Notes: generated by a model from the sequence alone, not told the origin. A stretch of DNA of 36,257 nt from Patescibacteria group bacterium (GCA_038062295.1 JBBTXL010000045.1:1-36257), one strand, 5' to 3'; counted from the stretch's first letter, positions 9,028 through 16,769 are shown. Program-made: numbers and translations.

Positions 9028-9831
9028 ATGCGTTCTCGGCCTTTCAGAATGTTCGTGTGGGCGTTCGTTCTGGTGGCGTGTTTTTCGCTCGCAGGATTTT
9101 TTCTCCCGCGCGGGTCATTTTCTGGCACGGTCGCTGATATCGTTTCTCCGTTGCTCCGGCCGTTCACCGCGGCCGGGAGTTCCGTTGCCGGAAGTGTTGA
9201 TTTTGTTGCGCGGTTGTGGAGCGCGGCGCGGGAAAATGCTGTGCTGCGCGACGAAACGGCACAGCTGCGCGCGGAGCTTGCCGATACCACAGAGCTTGCC
9301 CGGGAAAACGAGCTGTTGCGGAGGCAGCTTGGTATTGCGGAGCGCGGTGCGTTCACGCTTCTTGGCGCGCGCATTGTAAGCTACGACCCGTTGCATCTTG
9401 TTCACGCCGCGCTTATCGATAAAGGGACGCGGGACGGCGTTGCCGATGGCATGCCGGTGATTCTTCCCGGAAATATTGTTTTTGGTTCCGTCACGGAAAC
9501 GTTTGACCGAACCGCGCGCATCGCGCTGGTTTCGGAAAAAAACAGCAAAATAAGCGTTCTGTCGCGCGAGACCGGAACAACCGGTGTATTGTCCGGGCTT
9601 TCCGGCACCATGTTTCTCATGGACCTCGTGGAGAAGAACGCGCCGTTTGCCGTGGGCGACCTCATTGTCACGTCCGGCATTGACGGAAAATATCCCCGCG
9701 GCCTTATTGTCGGGACGGTCCATGAAATTATCACTCCCGAGGAAGGCATATTCCAGCAGGCGCGCGTGGAACCCGCGTTCTCCCGTCTCGTTCACCCGCT
9801 CGTATTTATTATTGCGGGACAGCAGCAATGA
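9028..9831 (+). CDS. mreC: Rod-shape protein MreC
   Basis: Immediately follows mreB. N-terminal TM helix, coiled 'ENAVLRDETAQLRAELA', C-terminal beta-rich 'VTSGIDGKYPRGLIVGTV'. Confidence 0.85.
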   Translation: MRSRPFRMFVWAFVLVACFSLAGFFLPRGSFSGTVADIVSPLLRPFTAAGSSVAGSVDFVARLWSAARENAVLRDETAQLRAELADTTELARENELLRRQLGIAERGAFTLLGARIVSYDPLHLVHAALIDKGTRDGVADGMPVILPGNIVFGSVTETFDRTARIALVSEKNSKISVLSRETGTTGVLSGLSGTMFLMDLVEKNAPFAVGDLIVTSGIDGKYPRGLIVGTVHEIITPEEGIFQQARVEPAFSRLVHPLVFIIAGQQQ

Positions 9832-10325
9832 TAAAACTGTTTTTTATTATCCTGGGTGCTGCGCTGGTGCAAATGACCATTGTGGCGGCATCTTCCTGGC
9901 ATGGCGCCGCGCCTAACATTCTCCCGGCAGTGCTTGCGGTCGCCGCATTTGAAACGGGCGCGTATCATCTGTTGTTACCCGGGGTTCTTGCGGCCGGCAT
10001 CGCGCTCGACTCCTTGTCCGTTCTTCCATTTGGGGCGTTGATGTTCGCGCTGGTAACAACCGTCGGCGCGCTTGCCATCGCCGCCACCTTTTTGCCGCAC
10101 CGCGCATTGTGGCATTGCATGATATTTTCCGCTGTTGCGGCCGCCGTATACGACGGCGCAACGGCCATATTTGCATACAGCTTTGCATTTGTTGCGGGCA
10201 ACGATGCGGCGCCCGGCATCGATATCGGGTTGTTCCGTGTCGCTCGGGATATCCTTGTTGTGTTTCTTTCCGTTGCGATCTTGTATCCGTTTCGCGCATT
10301 TCTCGCAAAGCCGGCGTTACCCTAG
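9828..10325 (+). CDS. mreD: Rod-shape protein MreD-like polytopic membrane protein
   Basis: ATGA overlap with mreC; 165 aa, almost entirely hydrophobic helices. The call rests mainly on position. Confidence 0.65.
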   Translation: MIKLFFIILGAALVQMTIVAASSWHGAAPNILPAVLAVAAFETGAYHLLLPGVLAAGIALDSLSVLPFGALMFALVTTVGALAIAATFLPHRALWHCMIFSAVAAAVYDGATAIFAYSFAFVAGNDAAPGIDIGLFRVARDILVVFLSVAILYPFRAFLAKPALP

Positions 10326-10328
10326 CGT

Positions 10329-12248
10329 ATGGATTATATCGTCAAAAAATCGGAGAAGTGGTCCATCGACCCGGAGGAGATCCTGCTTGACCGCGCGTCC
10401 GCCGAAAAACTGGATGATTCAAAGTTTGAAGTTCCCATCCCGGCACACAACATAGTTGCGCTGTGCGTGCTCGCATGCACGGTGCTTACGGTATTTGTTG
10501 CGCGCGCCGGATACCTGGAAATAGAGCGCGGCGCGGCATACAGCGCGCTTGCCCAGAACAACAAAACGCGGCATTACCCGGTGCTTGCCACGCGGGGGAT
10601 CATGTACGACCGGAACGGAACGCCTCTGGTGTCCAACATTCCGAGTTTTGATGTTATCGTGGTGCCCGCAGACCTCCCGCGCGCCCGGGAAACGCGCCGC
10701 AGCGAGTCGGACGCGCTTGCCCGCATGCTTTCGGTGCAGCCCGAACTGTTATGGGAACAATTCACCCGTTTGGACCTCTCCGACGTGCAGCCGTTCGTTC
10801 TCAAAGAGAATGTTGACCGGGACGCCGCGCTTCGTTTGGAGACGGCGCTGGATGAGTTTCCCGGTATTGAACTTGAAAAGAACGCCGTCCGCAGCTACGC
10901 CGACGGGCCGTATTTTTCGCAGGTGGTCGGGTATGTCGGGCGGGCGTCCGAAAGCGATCTTGCGCGCAATGCCGCACTGTTTGGCGTTGATTCCGTCGGA
11001 AAGATCGGCGTGGAGGGTTCGTACGACGGCATGCTCCGGGGCGTGAACGGTATCATTGAACGTGAGATCGATGCGGTTGCGCGGCTCCGCAAGGAAGAGC
11101 AGGTGAGTCTGGAGGAAACGGGCGCAAGCGTTGTGTTGACCATTGACGGCGAGCTTCAAAAAAAACTGACCGATACGCTTGCGGCTGCCGTTGCGGCAAC
11201 GCCATCGTCCAAGGGTGGGGCTGCCGTCGCGCTTGATCCGCGCGACGGCGCGGTGCTCGCGCTCGTGAGTGTTCCTTCATACGACAATAATATTTTTTCG
11301 CACACTGCGTCACTGGAAGAATACCAATCGCTGGAGCAGGACTCGGCACATCCGCTGTTTGACCGTGCCATCGCGGGCCAGTATCCTCCGGGTTCTTCCA
11401 TCAAGCCGTTTCTCGCGGCTTCAGCGCTTACGGAAGGGATCATTACCGAACGAACAACCGTGGTGAGTACCGGCGCCATTACCATTCAGAGTCCGTATAG
11501 TCCGGAGGTGGTCTATACCTACCGCGACTGGAAAGCGGGCGGCCATGGCGTGGTGAATATTATCCGTGCCATTGCCGATTCGGTCAACACATTCTTTTAT
11601 TCCATTGGAGGCGGGTATGGCGACGTACAAGGACTTGGTGTTCAAAAGATCAAGGAATATCTTTCACTCTTTGGATTCGGGAGCGCAACCGGTATTGATA
11701 TTCCGGGCGAAGGTGAAGGAACGGTACCCGACCCCGCATGGAAAGAACAGGAGCTTGGCGAGCGCTGGTTGCTGGGGGATACGTATAACATATCCATCGG
11801 GCAGGGGAACCTTTTGGTGACGCCGCTCCAGCTTGCTGCGGCGTATGGTGCGCTTGCCAACGGTGGCGCGCTGCTCCAGCCGTTTGTGGTTGAAAGTGTT
11901 CTGGATAAAAATAAAAATGTTATTGCCAAAAACGAGCGGACCGTCATGCGGGAACAGGTTGTCCCGCAGGAGTATTTGAATATTGCCCGGCGCGGTATGC
12001 GTGAGACGGTGCTGTCAGGCACCGCGCAGTCCTTGCAAAGTTTGCCGGTTACGACCGCAGGCAAGACCGGCACGGCACAGGCACCGGGCGGTTTCACGCA
12101 TGCGTGGTTCAGCTCCTTTGCCCCGTACCAGGACCCCGAGATCGTACTTATCGTTCTCGTGGAAAACGGCGGCGAAGGTTCACAAGTCGCCGTCCCCGTT
12201 GCCAAAGAAGTCTACGAATGGTATTTTTCCCGTGACCGGAACCAGTAA
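10329..12248 (+). CDS. mrdA: Penicillin-binding protein 2 (elongasome transpeptidase)
   Basis: SxxK 'SSIKPF', SxN 'DSVN', KTG 'GKTGTA'. N-terminal TM anchor. Located after mreBCD. Confidence 0.9.
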   Translation: MDYIVKKSEKWSIDPEEILLDRASAEKLDDSKFEVPIPAHNIVALCVLACTVLTVFVARAGYLEIERGAAYSALAQNNKTRHYPVLATRGIMYDRNGTPLVSNIPSFDVIVVPADLPRARETRRSESDALARMLSVQPELLWEQFTRLDLSDVQPFVLKENVDRDAALRLETALDEFPGIELEKNAVRSYADGPYFSQVVGYVGRASESDLARNAALFGVDSVGKIGVEGSYDGMLRGVNGIIEREIDAVARLRKEEQVSLEETGASVVLTIDGELQKKLTDTLAAAVAATPSSKGGAAVALDPRDGAVLALVSVPSYDNNIFSHTASLEEYQSLEQDSAHPLFDRAIAGQYPPGSSIKPFLAASALTEGIITERTTVVSTGAITIQSPYSPEVVYTYRDWKAGGHGVVNIIRAIADSVNTFFYSIGGGYGDVQGLGVQKIKEYLSLFGFGSATGIDIPGEGEGTVPDPAWKEQELGERWLLGDTYNISIGQGNLLVTPLQLAAAYGALANGGALLQPFVVESVLDKNKNVIAKNERTVMREQVVPQEYLNIARRGMRETVLSGTAQSLQSLPVTTAGKTGTAQAPGGFTHAWFSSFAPYQDPEIVLIVLVENGGEGSQVAVPVAKEVYEWYFSRDRNQ

Positions 12249-12251
12249 AAC

Positions 12252-12280
12252 TTGATTTTTCTGTAACATTATGGTATACT
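12252..12280 (+). promoter_or_regulatory. Sigma70-type promoter with extended -10, driving a leaderless mRNA
   Basis: TTGATT (12252-12257), 17-nt spacer, TGg-TATACT (12272-12280). ATG at 12288 is only 7 nt past the -10. Confidence 0.7.
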
Positions 12281-12287
12281 GTTCCTT

Positions 12288-13043
12288 ATGATTACGCACA
12301 AAGACCTGGAACGGTTCGGGTTGTCGGAAAAAGAAGCGCGGGTGTATCTCGCATCGCTGGAATTGGGGCCGGCAACGGCTGCGCAGATCGCGCAGAAAGC
12401 GGGCGTGAACCGCGCGACCACGTATGTGGAAATAGAATCGCTCATGAAGATGGGGCTTGTCAGCACCCATGAAAAGAACAAAAAGACATTGTTTACGGCC
12501 GAGGACCCGGAAGCGTTGAAGCGCATTCTCCAGCGGCGTCAGGAACGGTTCCAGCGTGCGCATCAGGCACTCAATGAACTGTTGCCAGAACTTTCCAATC
12601 TCTATCACTATGCCGGAGAAAAACCAAAAGTGCGATTTTTTGAAGGAAAAGAGGGATTGCTTACCATGCAGGAAGATTTTTTGAAAACGAAAGACAAAAT
12701 GATAGAGGGTCTCTACAATGTTGATAACTATCATAAAGTGTTTTCACGAACCGAACGCGAACAGTATTATGCAGTACGGTTAAAGAAAAAAATTCACGGG
12801 AGAACGCTCTACAACCGTGAAGCAGGTCCTTTTGACAGTCCGGACAAAATTACCGAAGACCGTTTTGTGTCCACAGATAAATTCAATTTTTCAAGCGATA
12901 TTACTATTTATGACAGTAAAGTTGCGATTGCCTCGCTCCGGGGAAAATTGATGGGGGTCATTATTGAGAATGAAGAAATTGCAAACACGGTGCGAGCTCT
13001 CTTTAGGTTGGCGTGGGATGCCGCAGAAAAATATCAGAAATAG
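12288..13043 (+). CDS. TrmB-family winged-helix transcriptional regulator (251 aa), paralog 1
   Basis: N-terminus 'LERFGLSEKEARVYLASLELGPATAAQIAQKAGVNRATTYVEIESLMKMGLV' is a TrmB-type HTH. Alignable over its length with the ORF at 22676-23431. Confidence 0.8.
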   Translation: MITHKDLERFGLSEKEARVYLASLELGPATAAQIAQKAGVNRATTYVEIESLMKMGLVSTHEKNKKTLFTAEDPEALKRILQRRQERFQRAHQALNELLPELSNLYHYAGEKPKVRFFEGKEGLLTMQEDFLKTKDKMIEGLYNVDNYHKVFSRTEREQYYAVRLKKKIHGRTLYNREAGPFDSPDKITEDRFVSTDKFNFSSDITIYDSKVAIASLRGKLMGVIIENEEIANTVRALFRLAWDAAEKYQK

Positions 13044-13057
13044 GTGCGGGAAAAGTG

Positions 13058-13090
13058 AAAACCGGGGATCGTTTTTCGATCCCCGGTTTT
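13058..13090. terminator. Bidirectional intrinsic terminator
   Basis: Perfect 14-bp stem aaaaccggggatcg / cgatccccggtttt with a ttttt loop. A/T runs on both sides. Confidence 0.85.
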
Positions 13091-13477
13091 GTTCATCCAT
13101 GCGAGTTGGTAGATATTAGCACGGACGAGTCTTATGGTCTTCCGGCGCCCATCTCGCCCTCCTTTTGGTTGGGGGAGGGAGTATAGATGGGCGAAAACGT
13201 TTTCTCACGTTGATTCGCTTCACTTTCGACGCCACAGAAACCAGTGGAATTTGGTAAAGTTTCCCGCTTTTTCCGCGTATTCACAAGTTGCTGGCCTCGC
13301 GCCAGCGTGAACATCTCGTTTTGCCGGCATTCTCCTAAAAATGCTTTGCCAGCAGTTTCGGTTTGGTTGAACTGCCTTTCAGTCGTAAAAACCAACGTTT
13401 TCACCCCCTTTCTTCCCCCCATATTCCCCTTAAACCCAATGTTTAAGGGGTTTTGGTAATGTACGAACAGCTTACCA
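13091..13477 (-). ncRNA. Candidate leftward transcript (structured RNA, or mRNA for a 96-aa ORF at 13132..13422)
   Basis: Lies between the minus-strand consensus promoter (13484-13511) and bidirectional terminator 13058-13090. Many hairpins, e.g. ccccttaaac/ggtttaagggg, gctggc/gccagc and cgcccatct...agatgggcg. The ORF product is low-complexity and basic. Confidence 0.25.
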
Positions 13478-13483
13478 TCGTCC

Positions 13484-13511
13484 ATTATACTCAAATACAG
13501 TTTTTTGTCAA
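13484..13511 (-). promoter_or_regulatory. Consensus sigma70 promoter firing leftward
   Basis: Minus strand reads TTGACA (rc of 13506-13511), 16-nt spacer, TATAAT (rc of 13484-13489). Confidence 0.7.
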
Positions 13512-13644
13512 TAGGCAATAACAATTTCTAAATATTTTTCTTTAAGTCAACTGTTGTCATAAATTATCAACACTATATATTATCAATAAAATAGCTTAAA
13601 TACTGTATTATTTAGCAATTATTGTTATTACTTGTTTAAAACTA

Positions 13645-13672
13645 TTGACAAAATAATAAAAATGAGTATAAT
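13645..13672 (+). promoter_or_regulatory. Consensus sigma70 promoter firing rightward into the 13.8-19.1 kb gene string
   Basis: TTGACA (13645-13650), 16-nt spacer, TATAAT (13667-13672), inside a visibly AT-rich tract. Confidence 0.75.
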
Positions 13673-13789
13673 GCCCGAGGTAAGTGACAAAAGCACCTTG
13701 AAACCAAAGGAAATTCAACGAAACCAAAACCCCTAACCATTTCCTCTGTCGCGTAAAGCTATGGAGGATACAAGAAAGGAGGTGATTGG

Positions 13790-14098
13790 ATGAGCGACAC
13801 CCGGCAGGAGCTTTACTCCTGCAGTGTCACCGGCTGCGGCACCACAGGCCCTGCGGACCGTATGTACTCTCTTGATAAGAGAGCTACAAGCGGAAAGCGG
13901 GTAGTGGTATGCCCCCCGTGCGGCAAGCTGGCCTGGAAAGAGGGAATTCGGACATACAAACTGTCTGACACCCTCCGGTACGAGGAACAGCAAGCCATGA
14001 AGCGCGGTTTCTTCCAGCCGTTCACGCGGTCTCTCGCGAAAGCGGAGGCCCGAAAGGACGGCAACGGCAAGAAACCCAAGCTTCACGCGGTTGGCTAG
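13790..14098 (+). CDS. Small zinc-ribbon protein (102 aa), uncharacterised
   Basis: Perfect SD AAAGGAGGTGA (13775-13785), 4 nt before the ATG. 'CSVTGC...(25)...CPPCG' four-Cys ribbon and a basic C-terminus. Confidence 0.7.
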   Translation: MSDTRQELYSCSVTGCGTTGPADRMYSLDKRATSGKRVVVCPPCGKLAWKEGIRTYKLSDTLRYEEQQAMKRGFFQPFTRSLAKAEARKDGNGKKPKLHAVG

Positions 14099-14201
14099 CG
14101 CAGACCGGACGCGTCAATCTCCGGCCAAGGCACCGGAGTTGCCCAAAAACCCTTGGGTGTCAAAGCATGGGTGCGATAGGGTTCTGCAAAATTTCGCAGG
14201 A

Positions 14202-14278
14202 CTCCCTTCCAGAGCTTGTCTTTACGACAGCGTCCCAGAGACGAAAAGCCACACACTTAGGCTGTCTCTGGAAGGGAG
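14202..14278 (+). repeat. SD-mimic stem-loop, copy A
   Basis: ctcccttccagag (14202-14214) is perfectly complementary over 13 bp to ctctggaagggag (14266-14278). Confidence 0.8.
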
Positions 14279-14326
14279 ATTGGCTCCCGCACAGTTCTTT
14301 CAAACCCGAGAGGAGGTGGTTACCGA

Positions 14327-14416
14327 ATGGTAAAACAGATCGTTGTCGCGGCTCCAAAGTGCCAGGCCGCCGGGTGGCATAAAAACTGCCCGTTCTGTCA
14401 GGCTCGCAAGAGCTGA
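14327..14416 (+). CDS. 29-aa Cys/His mini-protein MVKQIVVAAPKCQAAGWHKNCPFCQARKS (below the ORF-track cutoff)
   Basis: SD GAGGAGGTGG (14310-14319), 7 nt before ATG 14327. C12..H18..C21-x2-C24 knuckle. Stop TGA 14414-14416. Confidence 0.45.
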   Translation: MVKQIVVAAPKCQAAGWHKNCPFCQARKS

Positions 14417-14493
14417 CGCTGGCCATGAGGGGACGCACATGTGCGCCAAGGAGTTCCCCTCACTCAATAGAGCCAAGCAAAAAAATCGTTTGG

Positions 14494-14537
14494 CTCCCTT
14501 TCAGAGGCTTGAAACGATTCAAATTTCTGAAAGGGAG
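14494..14537 (+). repeat. SD-mimic stem-loop, copy B
   Basis: ctccctttcaga (14494-14505) is perfectly complementary over 12 bp to tctgaaagggag (14526-14537). Inner hairpin ttgaa-acga-ttcaa. Confidence 0.8.
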
Positions 14538-14633
14538 AAATCCCGAAGTTCTTTGAAACAACAGCAGCGCAGGGCTGCGAACGGGACGACGCCGTGTTTC
14601 GGTCGAGCCATCAACCTTCAAAGGAGGTGAATC

Positions 14634-15149
14634 ATGAGACAAGTCGGCTTCGTTACCTACAATTCCGTAGGGGACGGAGTGGCTGACGGCTGGCATAAAG
14701 CCGAAGATCGGCAAGCGTACGTGCTGCAAAACAGCAAAGGTGAACGCTTCGCAGTCGATGGAGTCAACGGAGGGGAGTTTGAAACCCTCTTTGAACTCTT
14801 CGAAGGCAAGTTTAACCGCGCTGATGGCAAGTACGCAGACGGCGTGAGTGACGAGATCAACGCCATCTGGAGGAAACTCCAGGCGGTTGTGAATGATCTT
14901 GATCACCTCGTGGTCTACGTCGGTTCGGCCGGGTCAGAGCGCGCCATTGAGCTCGCGAGGCAACTGCCTGCGTCCAAAGTCACCTTTGTCGGCTGTGATT
15001 GCGGGCTTCCCTTCAAGGAAGCTCTCATCCAGAAGGCTGGGTTGACCAAGGCGGGGCGGGTGCTGTGTGAGTGCGGTGGACGCCGGACCATGAAAGCGAT
15101 CTTTGATCGCTTCATGAAAACCGGTGCGCTTCTGCCTGCCAATGCCTAA
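14634..15149 (+). CDS. Hypothetical protein (171 aa) with paired C-x-C-G motifs
   Basis: Perfect SD AAAGGAGGTGA (14620-14630). The C-terminal half looks alpha/beta ('LVVYVGSAGSERAIELARQL') and carries 'GCDCG' and 'LCECGG'. Confidence 0.75.
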   Translation: MRQVGFVTYNSVGDGVADGWHKAEDRQAYVLQNSKGERFAVDGVNGGEFETLFELFEGKFNRADGKYADGVSDEINAIWRKLQAVVNDLDHLVVYVGSAGSERAIELARQLPASKVTFVGCDCGLPFKEALIQKAGLTKAGRVLCECGGRRTMKAIFDRFMKTGALLPANA

Positions 15150-15336
15150 GCTGCTCTTCCATCCTCATACTGCCATGTAAAATTGCTCCTGCGACATGGC
15201 GCAGGCGATGAGACTGTCGCGATGACAGGCTCCTCGTGAGCGGGGATCCGCGATAAAAAGAGAGAAAGATGGATTACTCTCCATAAATCCGGGCGAGACC
15301 GCAGGTGTTATTTGTGGGAAGGAAACAAAACCCTTC

Positions 15337-15370
15337 CCGCCTTTCTTGAGACGCGAAAGAGATTTGGCGG
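15337..15370 (+). repeat. SD-mimic stem-loop, copy C (degenerate)
   Basis: ccgcc/ggcgg outer stem with ctttc (15341-15345) / gaaag (15355-15359) inner stem. Followed by the agttcttttcaaac motif at 15385. Confidence 0.5.
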
Positions 15371-15704
15371 TTCAAGTTGAGGAAAGTTCTTTTCAAACAT
15401 TCAGATTCTGGAAGCGGCCCGCTCCAGAGACGGAACACCTTATCTGCTTAGGATGTTCTTAACCTTGGAAAGTATAGCCAAGGTTAGCCCGTGATGAGGG
15501 TGTCAAGCAGAAGGGTACAAGATGCCGGCATGCATCTTGTGGCGAGGAGCCAAGGGGAGCTGAACACAGGTGCACCTGTGTCCCTAACGAGATAGGGCAA
15601 CTTCTTCCTCTCGCGGCCGCACCGTAGGGAGGTTTATAGAGGTCGGATCCCCTCTAAGAAGGCCTGTCTCATTGCTAAATGGGACTACGAGAAAAAACTC
15701 GTAG

Positions 15705-15750
15705 TCCCGCTTTCAGAGATCTTGAGGAAACTCGAGATTTGCGAAGGGGA
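15705..15750 (+). repeat. SD-mimic stem-loop, copy D
   Basis: tcccgctttc...gcgaagggga imperfect outer stem. Inner hairpin atcttgag-gaaa-ctcgagat (15719-15738). Shares 'ctttcagag..cttg' with copies A, B and F. Confidence 0.6.
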
Positions 15751-15878
15751 ATTAGCGTAGGGCTGATTCCAAAGTTCTTTTAAATCAAACCGTAAAGGAG
15801 GTGGGGCACACTCCACCAAAAAAGGCGCACGCGGCTACGACCGCACTCGCCACAAAGAACATATGAGGAGGCACAACG

Positions 15879-15911
15879 ATGCATAAACTTACCTCCTCTC
15901 CCTTTCAGTAA
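15879..15911 (+). CDS. Micro-ORF MHKLTSSPFQ (10 aa), putative leader peptide
   Basis: SD GAGGAGG (15865-15871), 7 nt before the ATG. Its last codons form the left arm of stem-loop E. Confidence 0.3.
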   Translation: MHKLTSSPFQ

Positions 15912-15947
15912 CCATTTGAGACAAAGAGAGAGTGGTTACCGAAAGGG
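15900..15947 (+). repeat. SD-mimic stem-loop, copy E
   Basis: ccctttcagtaacca (15900-15914) versus tggttaccgaaaggg (15933-15947): 14 of 15 paired. Confidence 0.7.
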
Positions 15948-15992
15948 AAAAAAGACAGTACATTTAAAAACCAAATAACAGGAGGATGAACC

Positions 15993-16412
15993 GTGGTAAA
16001 AAAGATCGTGGTTGTGGAAGATAACCCCGTCGAGCTACAAAAGGCGTGCGATTTGGTTGCGGCGCGCGGCATGATGCCGCTTCCGTGCGCAACCCACAAG
16101 GATGCGATTGAAAGCATTCTCAGCTATCAACCGAAAGGATTGGTTGGTATTCTTACCGATTTGCACTTCCCGATCGCGGAAGGCAAAAACCCGGAAGGCG
16201 CGTGCGGTTTGCATGTGGTGCACCTTGCGCTCACGATGGGTATGCCGGTCGCTATTTGTTCCGATATCGACCATCACTACGCCACATGGGCAAACGATCT
16301 TGTGCGCGATGTTGAAAAGGCAACCGGCAGAAAAGTTGCCGGATTTATTCAAGACAGCAAAAATTGGGAGAAAGCGCTTGCGCTACTCCTCGACGAAAAG
16401 GAGGAACGGTGA
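15993..16412 (+). CDS. Stand-alone CheY-like receiver (REC) domain protein (139 aa)
   Basis: GTG start 6 nt after AGGAGGA. 'KIVVVEDNP' (acidic pair), 'ILTDLHFP' (phospho-acceptor Asp), 'VAICSD' (conserved Ser/Thr). Confidence 0.8.
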   Translation: MVKKIVVVEDNPVELQKACDLVAARGMMPLPCATHKDAIESILSYQPKGLVGILTDLHFPIAEGKNPEGACGLHVVHLALTMGMPVAICSDIDHHYATWANDLVRDVEKATGRKVAGFIQDSKNWEKALALLLDEKEER

Positions 16413-16768
16413 CGACGGAAAAGAAAAACTACAACGTTTTGTTTGTATCCGAAATGGCGCCGGTCAATGCCGCCATGGACAGGATACTCAACCAACTTTT
16501 CTCTATTGGTGAAGTATGTGGTTTGGAAGACGCCGAAGATAAGATCTTTGCCGGCAACTACACGCACATCATTGTGATGGGAGAGTTCAGGTCGAACACC
16601 CCCAGCAAGGGTAGAGATTTTTATCAGCTTTTGAAACTACGGCTTCCGATCTGGAGAAAGGACGCCAAGGTTCTCAAAAGTGGCATGGATAACATCCAAG
16701 ACGACCCGGACTATGTCTGCATCCTGAATTTTCTTCCCGGGTTCATTCAGTGGGTCGAGTCGCACTAA
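16409..16768 (+). CDS. Receiver-like (degenerate) domain protein (about 119 aa)
   Basis: GTGA overlap with the REC gene stop; AAGGAGGA upstream. A beta-alpha pattern ('NVLFVSE', 'HIIVMGEF') without the acidic pocket. The start could instead be the ATG at 'SEMAP'. Confidence 0.55.
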   Translation: MTTEKKNYNVLFVSEMAPVNAAMDRILNQLFSIGEVCGLEDAEDKIFAGNYTHIIVMGEFRSNTPSKGRDFYQLLKLRLPIWRKDAKVLKSGMDNIQDDPDYVCILNFLPGFIQWVESH

Positions 16769-16769
16769 T

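Larger units (their letters stand above)
15150..15878 (+). ncRNA. Hairpin-dense spacer with no ORF of 60 aa or more; candidate large structured RNA or composite leader
   Basis: The six-frame track lists no ORF between 15150 and 15904. Perfect stems include 15460-15486 (9 bp), 15517-15540 (9 bp), 15564-15581 (18-nt palindrome), 15582-15597, 15637-15656 and 15681-15708 (11 bp). Confidence 0.35.

Noticed and set aside
8568-9828. 268-aa and 237-aa minus-strand ORFs
   Set aside because: They are antisense shadows of mreB and mreC. They are Ser/Arg/Ala-rich and low in complexity.
14091-14630. Plus-strand ORFs 14091..14333, 14167..14382 and 14343..14630
   Set aside because: They overlap each other and the SD-led 29-aa ORF. 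They contain the 13-bp and 12-bp perfect inverted repeats, lack SDs, and are Arg/Pro/Ser-rich. I treat the region as structured RNA. The 14091 frame remains a weak possibility.
15366-15384. tRNA T-arm-like 'ggcggttcaagttgagg'
   Set aside because: The flanks of the GTTCAAG loop are not complementary, and no acceptor or anticodon stems can be drawn. I found no tRNA elsewhere in the window either.
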